DNA of 64,000 nucleotides, from assembly GCA_018714105.1 (NCBI GenBank), contig DVNW01000023.1, positions 20,005-84,004 on the forward strand. The letters are read 5' to 3'. The position numbers were made by a program, and so were the translations under genes. The notes beneath the pieces are model-generated. The model made no database searches and was not told the origin of the DNA. It worked only from the letters and a program-made list of their open reading frames with translations. This document shows positions 50,238 to 58,534 of this stretch, one piece after another. Source of the DNA: Candidatus Faecicola pullistercoris (lineage in GTDB: Bacteria; Bacillota; Clostridia; Christensenellales; CAG-917). Within the stretch, counting starts at the first letter, position 1. The number at the start of each line of letters is the position of its first letter.

Positions 50238-51335
50238 ATGGATAATTATTTCGATATTCTTCCGGGCGAAGAAAGGATAATCGCCAGACTTACCAAGCTG
50301 TACGGCAGTTACGGCTTTACCAAGTACAAGATGCGCAAGTTCGAGGAATACTCTCTGTATCTCGAAAACAAGAGTTTTCTTTCGAGCGAATACGTGCTTA
50401 CTTTCAGCGACCTTAACGGCAAACTGCTTGCTTTAAAGCCCGACGTTACCCTTTCCATAGTCAAAAACGCAAAGGCTTCCGCCGACAGCTCCGAAAAATT
50501 TTACTATCACGAAAAGGTTTACCGTCCCGACAGGCACAGCCGCGAATACAGGGAAATTACTCAGATGGGGCTGGAATTCATAGGCGCAATCGACGAGGTG
50601 GGACAGACCGAAACGGTGGTCCTGGCGCTTAAAACGCTGGAAACCGTGGACGAGGATTATCTGCTGGATATTTCGCACATGGGCATTATAGAAGGCCTTA
50701 TAAAGGAAGCGGGGATAACCGCTTCGCAGGACAAGGCCGATTTTATAGGGTATATAAGGGCCAAAAATCCGCATGATCTCAAAAGATTGCCGGCTGTGGC
50801 CGCACTCTCAGAGGAAAAAAGAACGGGGCTTGTTGCCGCCCTTACGGCAACGGGTACGGGCAGAGGAGCGCTTGAAAGTTTAAAGGCTTTTTCCGACGAG
50901 ACGCTGATTTCGGCGGTCAAGGAGCTGGAGCGGCTTTTCGCCGTACTGGATAAAAGCGGATACCGGGACAAGGTAAGATTCGACCTTTCTCTTCTTAACG
51001 CGCTTGACTATTACAACGGGATAATCTTTCAGGGTTACGTCAAAAAGGTGCCTCATTCCGTACTTTCGGGCGGCAGATACGACAGGCTTATAGCAAAGTT
51101 CTGCCCCGGCGGCATCGGAGCGACGGGATTTGCAATATATCTGAGCGAGCTTAACGCCTATTACTCGGGGGGCGAAGGCATTACGGACGCGCTTTTGATA
51201 TACAAAGACGGCGACGACCCCTATCTGGTGGAGAAAAAAGCCGCAAAATTGCGGGAAACAGGCCTTTCCGTAAGGGTAGAAAAGGCTCCCGCCGACGGCG
51301 TGAAAGCCAAAACAGTTATTAAATTCGAGGTGTGA
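50238..51335 (+). CDS. hisZ: ATP phosphoribosyltransferase regulatory subunit
   Basis: HisRS-paralog pattern (LALKPDVT, YRE..QMG.E, GGRYD). Precedes a short hisG. Confidence 0.92.
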   Translation: MDNYFDILPGEERIIARLTKLYGSYGFTKYKMRKFEEYSLYLENKSFLSSEYVLTFSDLNGKLLALKPDVTLSIVKNAKASADSSEKFYYHEKVYRPDRHSREYREITQMGLEFIGAIDEVGQTETVVLALKTLETVDEDYLLDISHMGIIEGLIKEAGITASQDKADFIGYIRAKNPHDLKRLPAVAALSEEKRTGLVAALTATGTGRGALESLKAFSDETLISAVKELERLFAVLDKSGYRDKVRFDLSLLNALDYYNGIIFQGYVKKVPHSVLSGGRYDRLIAKFCPGGIGATGFAIYLSELNAYYSGGEGITDALLIYKDGDDPYLVEKKAAKLRETGLSVRVEKAPADGVKAKTVIKFEV

Positions 51336-51336
51336 T

Positions 51337-51951
51337 ATGTTGAATATAGCTCTTCCGAAAGGGCGACTGGGACAAAAAGTTTATGCCGCGCTCGAAGCAA
51401 TAGGCAAGGGGTGCGGAGATATTTTCGGCGAAAGCAGAAAGCTCATTTTCGAAAACGCCGACGCGGGAGTCAGATATTTTCTCGTAAAGCCGTCCGACGT
51501 AGCCATTTACGTAGAACTAGGCGCCGCGGATATAGGCGTGGTAGGAAAGGATATTCTGCTTGAAAACGATCCCGACGTGTACGAATTAGCCGACCTCGGC
51601 ATAGGCAAATGCAAAATGGCGGTCGCGGCAAAGTGCGGTTACCGCGAAGACATGTCAAGGCCCGTAAGAATAGCCACTAAGTTTACCAAAATAGCCAAGG
51701 ATTATTTCGACGCAAAGAACAGGGAATGCGAAATAATCAAACTTTACGGCTCTATTGAACTCGCGCCCATTTTAGACATTTCGGACGTGATAGTGGATAT
51801 TGTGGAAACGGGCACCACCCTTAAGGAAAACAATCTGGAAGTTATCGAGGATATAGTGCCCATAAGCGCGCGGCTTATAGCCAACAAAACCAGTCACAAA
51901 TTCAAACTTGCCGAAATAGAAGGCATAGCGGACAATCTTAACAAAGGCTGA
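51337..51951 (+). CDS. hisG: ATP phosphoribosyltransferase, short form
   Basis: LNIALPKGRL...DIGVVGKD...DIVETGTTLKEN. Confidence 0.96.
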   Translation: MLNIALPKGRLGQKVYAALEAIGKGCGDIFGESRKLIFENADAGVRYFLVKPSDVAIYVELGAADIGVVGKDILLENDPDVYELADLGIGKCKMAVAAKCGYREDMSRPVRIATKFTKIAKDYFDAKNRECEIIKLYGSIELAPILDISDVIVDIVETGTTLKENNLEVIEDIVPISARLIANKTSHKFKLAEIEGIADNLNKG

Positions 51952-51953
51952 CT

Positions 51954-53225
51954 ATGATAAAAATATTAAACGCGGAAAACATCAAAGACGACGATATTTT
52001 AAACAGGACTTCGGCGGTATATCCCGAAGTCGAAAAAGCCGTACGCGAAATTATCGGTCGGGTAGTCAGGGAAGGCGACAGGGCTTTAAGGGAACTGACC
52101 TTGAAATTCGACGGAGCCGACGTCGATTGTTTCGAAGTTTCGCCCGAGGAAACTGAGCGCGCTTTTGCGGAAACGGACGCCGAATTTATAGATATACTCC
52201 GAAGTGCGGCAGCGAATATCTCGGAATTTCATTCCATGCAGAAGAGAACGGGCTTTGAAATTCAGAAAGACGGCATTCTGCTCGGTCAGCGTTTTCTTCC
52301 CGTAGACCGCGCGGGCATATACGTTCCAGGCGGAACGGCCAGCTATCCGTCTACCGTGCTTATGAACGCGATTCCCGCCAAAATAGCCGGAGTCGGAGAA
52401 GTGATAATGGTAACTCCGCCCGATAAAAAGGGCAATATAAAAAAGGAAATCCTCTGCGCTGCCAAAATAGCGGGAGTCGACAGGATTTTCAAATGCGGCG
52501 GAGCTCAGGCGATAGCCGCGCTCGCTTACGGTACCGAAACCGTACCCGCCGTAGATAAAATCGTGGGGCCGGGCAACATTTACGTAGCTACGGCCAAAAA
52601 AGAGGTTTTCGGCAAAACGGGCATAGATATGATTGCCGGCCCCAGTGAAATTCTTATAATAGCCGACGGCACGGCGGATGCGGAATATCTGGCGGCGGAT
52701 ATGCTTTCACAGGCCGAGCACGACAGGCTTGCCTCGGCCGTGCTGATAGTAACCGACCGCAATCTGGGCCTGAAAACGGCGGAAGAACTCGAGTCGCAAC
52801 TGTCGGCGCTTCCGCGCGCGTCGATAGCGGCCGCGGCCATACGCGACAATTCCAAAATAATAATCGCGCAAAGCACGGAGCAGGCCGCGGAAATATCAAA
52901 CCGCATCGCCCCGGAGCATCTCGAACTGATGGTGGATAAGCCCGAAAAACTGTTGGAAAAAATCAGAAACGCAGGCTCTGTGTTTCTCGGCAAATATTCG
53001 CCCGAGCCTCTCGGAGACTATTTTGCGGGTCCCAACCATACTTTGCCCACAAGCGGTACGGCAAGATTTGCTTCACCGCTCTCGGTAGACGATTTCATCA
53101 AACGTTCGTCATATATCCGCTACGGCAAAGAGGCGTTGAGCGCCGTAGGAAATCAGATAATGGCGTTTGCCGCGCGCGAAGGGCTGGACGCCCACGCCGC
53201 CGCTATAAAAAAGAGGTTGAAATGA
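51954..53225 (+). CDS. hisD: Histidinol dehydrogenase
   Basis: IYVPGGTASYPSTVLMN, GAQAIAALAYGT, QAEHD and APEHLEL motifs. Confidence 0.97.
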   Translation: MIKILNAENIKDDDILNRTSAVYPEVEKAVREIIGRVVREGDRALRELTLKFDGADVDCFEVSPEETERAFAETDAEFIDILRSAAANISEFHSMQKRTGFEIQKDGILLGQRFLPVDRAGIYVPGGTASYPSTVLMNAIPAKIAGVGEVIMVTPPDKKGNIKKEILCAAKIAGVDRIFKCGGAQAIAALAYGTETVPAVDKIVGPGNIYVATAKKEVFGKTGIDMIAGPSEILIIADGTADAEYLAADMLSQAEHDRLASAVLIVTDRNLGLKTAEELESQLSALPRASIAAAAIRDNSKIIIAQSTEQAAEISNRIAPEHLELMVDKPEKLLEKIRNAGSVFLGKYSPEPLGDYFAGPNHTLPTSGTARFASPLSVDDFIKRSSYIRYGKEALSAVGNQIMAFAAREGLDAHAAAIKKRLK

Positions 53226-54292
53226 GCAGATTTTTTTCGACTGACCTGAAAGATTTGAACCCGTATATTCCCGGGGAGCAGCCCGTCAGCGGCGGGTTTG
53301 TCAAACTCAATACCAACGAGTCGCCTTTTCCTCCGTCGCCCGAAGTCAAAAAGGCGCTTGACGAAAGCCGGGTAAGCGAGCTTCGGCTTTATTCCGATCC
53401 CACGGCCAAAACGCTTACGGACGCGATAGCCCGTTATTACGGCGTGCCTTCGGACAGTATAGTAACCTCCAACGGCTCGGACGAAATACTCGCTTTTATA
53501 ATCAAAGCGTTCTGCAAGGACAGGGGACTTGCTTTTGCCGATGTTACGTACGGTTTTTACGAAGTGTTCTGCAAACTGTTCGGCGTGGAATTTGTTACAG
53601 TTCCGTTAGACCGGGATTTCAAAATAGACGTAAACGACTACAAAGGACTTTCGCAAAATATAATTATTGCCAATCCGAACGCGCAAACAGGGGTTTATAT
53701 ACCGGTTTCCGACATCAAAACCCTTGTTTCGGAGAATAAGGAAAGGTTGGTGATAATCGACGAAGCCTACGTCGATTTCGGCGGAGAAAGTGTTATTCCT
53801 TTAACGCGCGAATACGACAACCTTGTCGTCGTGCAGACTTTTTCCAAATCCCGCTCGCTTGCCGGAGCGCGCATAGGCTTTATGGTGGCGGACGCGGCGC
53901 TTGCAGCCGACGTTAAAAAGATAAAATACTCGTTTAACCCTTATAACCTTAACAGACTCAGTATTCTTGCGGGAGCGGCGGCACTTGCCGATAAAGAGTA
54001 TTTTGTAAAAACCACGGCCGAAATTATTAAAAACAGAGAGTTTCTGACCGACAGTCTGAAACTGATGGGCTTTAAGGTAATAGATTCCAAAGCCAACTTC
54101 GTGCTTGCTTCTCACGGGGCCGAAAGCGGCAGGGATTTATATCTTGCGCTTAAAAAAGAGGGCGTTCTGGTAAGACATTTCCCCGGCGGGAGAATAGACG
54201 ATTTCATAAGAATTACGGTGGGTAGCGCGGAGGAACTTGCCGTGCTAATACAAAAACTCGGAATAATTTTACAAGGAGCGGAAAATGCGTGA
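53222..54292 (+). CDS. hisC: Histidinol-phosphate aminotransferase
   Basis: KLNTNESPFPPSP, IDEAYVDF and TFSKSRSLAGARIG (PLP lysine). Confidence 0.96.
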   Translation: MSRFFSTDLKDLNPYIPGEQPVSGGFVKLNTNESPFPPSPEVKKALDESRVSELRLYSDPTAKTLTDAIARYYGVPSDSIVTSNGSDEILAFIIKAFCKDRGLAFADVTYGFYEVFCKLFGVEFVTVPLDRDFKIDVNDYKGLSQNIIIANPNAQTGVYIPVSDIKTLVSENKERLVIIDEAYVDFGGESVIPLTREYDNLVVVQTFSKSRSLAGARIGFMVADAALAADVKKIKYSFNPYNLNRLSILAGAAALADKEYFVKTTAEIIKNREFLTDSLKLMGFKVIDSKANFVLASHGAESGRDLYLALKKEGVLVRHFPGGRIDDFIRITVGSAEELAVLIQKLGIILQGAENA

Positions 54293-54872
54293 AGTAAGAT
54301 TGAACAGAAAAACCGCGGAAACGGATATTGATTTGTCGCTGAATCTGGACGGTACGGGCAAATACGATATCGACACGGGCTGCGGTTTCATGAACCACAT
54401 GCTCGAACTGTTTGCCAAACACGGCTCGTTTGACCTTGCAATAAAGTGCAAAGGCGATACCGAAGTGGATTGTCACCACTCGGTCGAGGATGTCGGAATA
54501 TGTCTGGGACAGGCTTTTTTACGGGCGTTAGGCGACAAAAAAGGAATTAACCGTTACGGTTATTTCATATTGCCTATGGACGAAGCGCTTATCCTTTCGG
54601 CCGTGGATTTCGGCGGCAGAAGTTATCTTTCTTTCGGGCTTAAAGTGGTATGCCCGCGCCTCGGTGAATTCGATACCGAGCTTGTCGAGGAATTTTTACA
54701 GGCCTTTACGCGGGAAGCAAAGATAAATCTGCACCTGGTTCAGCTTGACGGAAAAAATCTGCATCACATATTCGAGGGGGCTTTCAAAAGTCTGGCGCGG
54801 GCGCTCAAACAGGCGGTTGCCTTAGACGAGGCCAACGCCGACAGCCTTCCGTCAACAAAGGGGATACTGTAA
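54285..54872 (+). CDS. hisB: Imidazoleglycerol-phosphate dehydratase
   Basis: RKTAETDI...TG.GF.NHML...DCHHSVEDVGI...NLHHIFEGAFK. Confidence 0.97.
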   Translation: MREVRLNRKTAETDIDLSLNLDGTGKYDIDTGCGFMNHMLELFAKHGSFDLAIKCKGDTEVDCHHSVEDVGICLGQAFLRALGDKKGINRYGYFILPMDEALILSAVDFGGRSYLSFGLKVVCPRLGEFDTELVEEFLQAFTREAKINLHLVQLDGKNLHHIFEGAFKSLARALKQAVALDEANADSLPSTKGIL

Positions 54873-55480
54873 TGATTGCCGTTGTAGATTACGGTGTGGG
54901 CAACCTTTATTCGCTTACGGGTTCGCTTAAATATCTGGGACTTGAAACGGTGGTTACTTCTTCCCCCGACGACCTCGAACGGGCGGATAAAATCATATTG
55001 CCCGGCGTGGGCGCCTTCGGGGACGCCGCCCGTAAGCTTCGCGAAAGCGGAGTAACAGACGCGCTTTACAAACAGGTTGCCCTTAAAAAACCGCTTTTGG
55101 GAATTTGCCTCGGGATGCAGCTTTTGTTTGAAGGGAGTACGGAATACGGTTACACCGAAGGTCTGTCGCTTATACCCGGCACGGTCAGAGAAATACCGCA
55201 GGATAAAATCGCTCCGCTCAAAGTGCCGCACATGGGTTGGAACAGCCTGGTCTTCAAGGCCGAAAGCCCTGTTTTCAAGTACGTTAGCGAGGGCGAGAGG
55301 GTTTATTACGTGCATTCGTATTATGCTGCCGATTGCGCGCAATACGTTACGGCAACCTCGCAATACGGCATGGAAATTACCGGAGCGGTGCAGAAAGACA
55401 ACGTGTTCGGCACGCAGTTTCACCCCGAAAAGAGCGGCGATACCGGACTCAGAATTTTAAAGGCTTTTGCCGAACTGTGA
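54872..55480 (+). CDS. hisH: Imidazole glycerol phosphate synthase, glutaminase subunit
   Basis: IAVVDYGVGNL, PGVGAF, GICLGMQ and FHPEKS. Confidence 0.97.
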   Translation: MIAVVDYGVGNLYSLTGSLKYLGLETVVTSSPDDLERADKIILPGVGAFGDAARKLRESGVTDALYKQVALKKPLLGICLGMQLLFEGSTEYGYTEGLSLIPGTVREIPQDKIAPLKVPHMGWNSLVFKAESPVFKYVSEGERVYYVHSYYAADCAQYVTATSQYGMEITGAVQKDNVFGTQFHPEKSGDTGLRILKAFAEL

Positions 55481-55487
55481 GGATTGT

Positions 55488-56210
55488 ATGCAGATTTATC
55501 CCGCAATAGATTTAAAAAACAAACAGGTTGTAAGGCTTTACAAGGGCGATTACGCAAAGGTAACCGTTTATTCGGACAATCCCGTAGCTACGGCCCTTTC
55601 CTTTAAAGAAGCGGGCGCGGGGAATATACATCTGGTAGATCTCGACGGCGCGAAAGAGGGAAGCCCGGTAAATTACGGCGTAATAAAGGATATAGTGTCG
55701 GAAACGCAATTGTTTGCCGAGGTCGGCGGCGGCATACGAGACATGCGCCGGATAGAAAATTATTTAAAAGCGGGCGCAGGCAGAGTTATTTTGGGCACCG
55801 CCGCGCTCGAAAATCCCGATTTTCTCGCCGAGGCCGTAAAGGAATTCGGGGGCTCTGTAGCCGTGGGAATAGACGCAAAGGACGGCAAGGTGGCCACAAG
55901 AGGTTGGCTTGACGTGTCGGATACCGATGCCGCGGAGTTTGCCGTCAGAGTGCGCGACGCGGGCGTTAAAACGGTAATTTATACCGATATATCCAAGGAC
56001 GGCACTCTTTCCGGCACGAATATGGAAGTTTACGGCAAACTGGTTAAAATCGGCGGACTTAACGTAATAGCTTCGGGCGGTATAACTTATATCGACGAAA
56101 TCAGGCAGCTTGCCCGCGTCGGCGTTTACGGCGCCATACTTGGGAAAGCGCTGTACGCGGGGCTGTTGAATCTTGCCGATGCGCTGAGGGCCGCGGAGGA
56201 AAGCGTATGA
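55488..56210 (+). CDS. hisA: ProFAR isomerase
   Basis: MQIYPAIDLKN.QVVRL..GD... ATG at 55488. Confidence 0.95.
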   Translation: MQIYPAIDLKNKQVVRLYKGDYAKVTVYSDNPVATALSFKEAGAGNIHLVDLDGAKEGSPVNYGVIKDIVSETQLFAEVGGGIRDMRRIENYLKAGAGRVILGTAALENPDFLAEAVKEFGGSVAVGIDAKDGKVATRGWLDVSDTDAAEFAVRVRDAGVKTVIYTDISKDGTLSGTNMEVYGKLVKIGGLNVIASGGITYIDEIRQLARVGVYGAILGKALYAGLLNLADALRAAEESV

Positions 56211-56965
56211 TAGCAAAAAGAATAATACCCTGTCTCGATATACGGGACGGCAGAGTGGTAAAAGGCAGGAATTTCGAGGGCGTAAGAGACGTTGACAGTC
56301 CCGTGGCTCTTGCCGAGTTTTATAACAGAGAAGGCGCGGACGAACTGGTTTTTTACGATATAACGGCCTCTTTCGAGGGCAGAAAACTGTTTACCGACGT
56401 TTTAAAGGAAGTCGCCGGAAAAATTTTCATACCTCTTACCGTAGGCGGAGGCATAAACGGCGTTGAGGATTTCGAAAGAGTGCTCAACAGCGGCGCGGAT
56501 AAGGTAAGCGTTAACAGCGGCGCGATAAAAAACCCAGATCTTATAGGAGCTGCGGCAAAAAAATACGGCAATCAGTGCGTGGTGCTTTCCATGGACGTGA
56601 AGAGAGTAAACGGCAGTTACATCATCTTCGCCCGAGGAGGACGGGATAATACCGGTATCGAGGCCACGGAGTGGGCCAGGCGCGGGCAGGAAGAAGGCGC
56701 GGGCGAGCTTGTCGTCAACAGTATAGATACCGACGGCGTGAAAGACGGCTTCGACCTTGAAATGCTGGACGCAATATGCAAAAAGGTAAGCATACCCGTA
56801 ATCGCTTCGGGCGGGGCGGGCAGCATAGACCATTTCATCAATCTTTTCAAGACCGTTCCCGGAGTGGACGCGGGGCTTGCGGCCTCCGTTTTCCATTATA
56901 AAACGGTAAGTATCGGGAAACTGAAACACAATCTTGACGCAAGCGGTATTTGCGTCAGAATATAA
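56207..56965 (+). CDS. hisF: Imidazole glycerol phosphate synthase, cyclase subunit
   Basis: [24 protein letters not shown] and ASGGAG. Confidence 0.97.
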   Translation: MIAKRIIPCLDIRDGRVVKGRNFEGVRDVDSPVALAEFYNREGADELVFYDITASFEGRKLFTDVLKEVAGKIFIPLTVGGGINGVEDFERVLNSGADKVSVNSGAIKNPDLIGAAAKKYGNQCVVLSMDVKRVNGSYIIFARGGRDNTGIEATEWARRGQEEGAGELVVNSIDTDGVKDGFDLEMLDAICKKVSIPVIASGGAGSIDHFINLFKTVPGVDAGLAASVFHYKTVSIGKLKHNLDASGICVRI

Positions 56966-56976
56966 AGGAGAGGGCA

Positions 56977-57621
56977 ATGCTAGATTTATCCGAACTTAAA
57001 TTTGACGACAAGGGGCTTATTACGGCCGTAGTGCAGGATTATTACACCAAAAAGGTGCTGACGGTGGCCTATATGAACGAGGAAAGCCTTAATATAAGCA
57101 TAGAAAAGGGGCTGACCTGTTTTTTCAGCCGGTCAAGGCAGAAGCTGTGGCTTAAAGGCGAGACTTCGGGAAATTATCAGCATATAGTAAGTATTCAGAG
57201 CGATTGCGACGGCGACGCTTTGGTTATCGAAGTCGTAAAAGACGGCCCCGCCTGTCACTTAGGCACGGACAGCTGCTTTAATAATTACCTTTACGTCAGT
57301 CCCGACAGAAAGGTATTTTCGCTGTTTAAGCTGTACGAGCTTATCAAGGGAAGAAAAACCGACCCGCAGGAAGGATCTTATACCACTTATCTGTTTAATA
57401 AAGGCCTGGATAAAATACTGAAAAAAGTGGGAGAGGAATGCACCGAGGTCATTATAGGCGCAAAAAACGGTAAGGAAGAAACCGTTTTCGAAATAGCCGA
57501 CCTTTTATATCATACCTTTGTGCTTATGGTCGAAAAGGAAATAACGGTTGAAGAAGTTATCGACGAGCTGGCAAAAAGGCACGTCGTGGATCATAAGGTC
57601 AAGCAGGAGACCATGAAATGA
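56977..57621 (+). CDS. hisIE: Bifunctional phosphoribosyl-AMP cyclohydrolase / phosphoribosyl-ATP pyrophosphatase
   Basis: LITAVVQD...[16 protein letters not shown]...DCDGDAL, then [21 protein letters not shown] at 56977 after AAAGGAGAGGG. Confidence 0.95.
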   Translation: MLDLSELKFDDKGLITAVVQDYYTKKVLTVAYMNEESLNISIEKGLTCFFSRSRQKLWLKGETSGNYQHIVSIQSDCDGDALVIEVVKDGPACHLGTDSCFNNYLYVSPDRKVFSLFKLYELIKGRKTDPQEGSYTTYLFNKGLDKILKKVGEECTEVIIGAKNGKEETVFEIADLLYHTFVLMVEKEITVEEVIDELAKRHVVDHKVKQETMK

Positions 57622-58424
57622 TTTTGTCCGACGTTCATACGCATAGCCTGTACTGCGACGGCAAGGACAGCCTCGAGGATATGATTCTGTCCGCAACAGG
57701 TAAGGGATTTGAAGTTATCGGACTGTCGGGGCACGCATATACGCCGATAGACACAAGCTACTGTATTCGCGATACCGACAATTATTTTGCCGAGGCGAGA
57801 AGACTTGCGGAAAAATACAAAGATAAAATCAAAGTGCTTGTAGGTCTTGAAGCTGACCTTTACGGCATGATTGACAGAAAGCGGACGGATTACATTATAG
57901 GCTCCGTGCATTATCTCGAAAAAAGAGGCGCGTATTATGCTCTGGACTGTTCCGCGGAAGGCTTCGGACACTGCGTAAAAGCGGCATACGGCGGCGACGC
58001 GCTTGCTTTGGCGGAGGATTACTTTCAATCCGTTGTGCTGATGCAGGATGTACTGAAGCCCGACATAATAGGTCATTTCGACTTGATTACAAAATATAAC
58101 GACGGCAGGGCCTTTTTCGACGAAAACGATAAAAGATACGTGGATTCGGCCTGCGCCGCGCTTGATATTCTGCTGCAAAAAGGATGCGTGCTGGAAATGA
58201 ATACGGGTGCCGTGTCGAGAGGCGTTAAAAAGACGGCCTATCCTTCCGACTTTATTCTTAAAAGGATAAAAGAGAAGGGCAGCACGGTGCTTCTGTCGTC
58301 GGACGCGCATTCGGCTGCCGCTGTCGGTTTCGGCTTCGAGAACTGTCTGCACAGGCTTGAATCGCTGGGGTTTTCGGACGTTTTCGTGTTCACGGATAAA
58401 GGCCTTATAAGGGAAAGAATTTAA
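57618..58424 (+). CDS. hisK: PHP-family histidinol-phosphatase
   Basis: [13 protein letters not shown]-terminal PHP motif, GLE, SVHY, GHFD and SSDAH. Last gene of the his operon. Confidence 0.88.
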   Translation: MILSDVHTHSLYCDGKDSLEDMILSATGKGFEVIGLSGHAYTPIDTSYCIRDTDNYFAEARRLAEKYKDKIKVLVGLEADLYGMIDRKRTDYIIGSVHYLEKRGAYYALDCSAEGFGHCVKAAYGGDALALAEDYFQSVVLMQDVLKPDIIGHFDLITKYNDGRAFFDENDKRYVDSACAALDILLQKGCVLEMNTGAVSRGVKKTAYPSDFILKRIKEKGSTVLLSSDAHSAAAVGFGFENCLHRLESLGFSDVFVFTDKGLIRERI

Positions 58425-58460
58425 TATAATAGTATTATTATATATATTATTACAAAATAA

Positions 58461-58488
58461 AAAGACGCTGGCGAACAGCGTCTTTTCT
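58461..58488 (+). terminator. Intrinsic terminator after the his operon
   Basis: AAAGACGCTG-GCGAA-CAGCGTCTTT followed by a T-run. Confidence 0.8.
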
Positions 58489-58500
58489 ATAAAGGTTTAA

Positions 58501-58530
58501 AAAGGACGGGATAAGTTCCCGTCCTTTTTT
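58501..58530. terminator. Hairpin terminator 3' of the large lipoprotein gene
   Basis: AAAGGACGGG-ATAAGTT-CCCGTCCTTT flanked by A and T runs. Confidence 0.7.
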
Positions 58531-58534
58531 GTTA

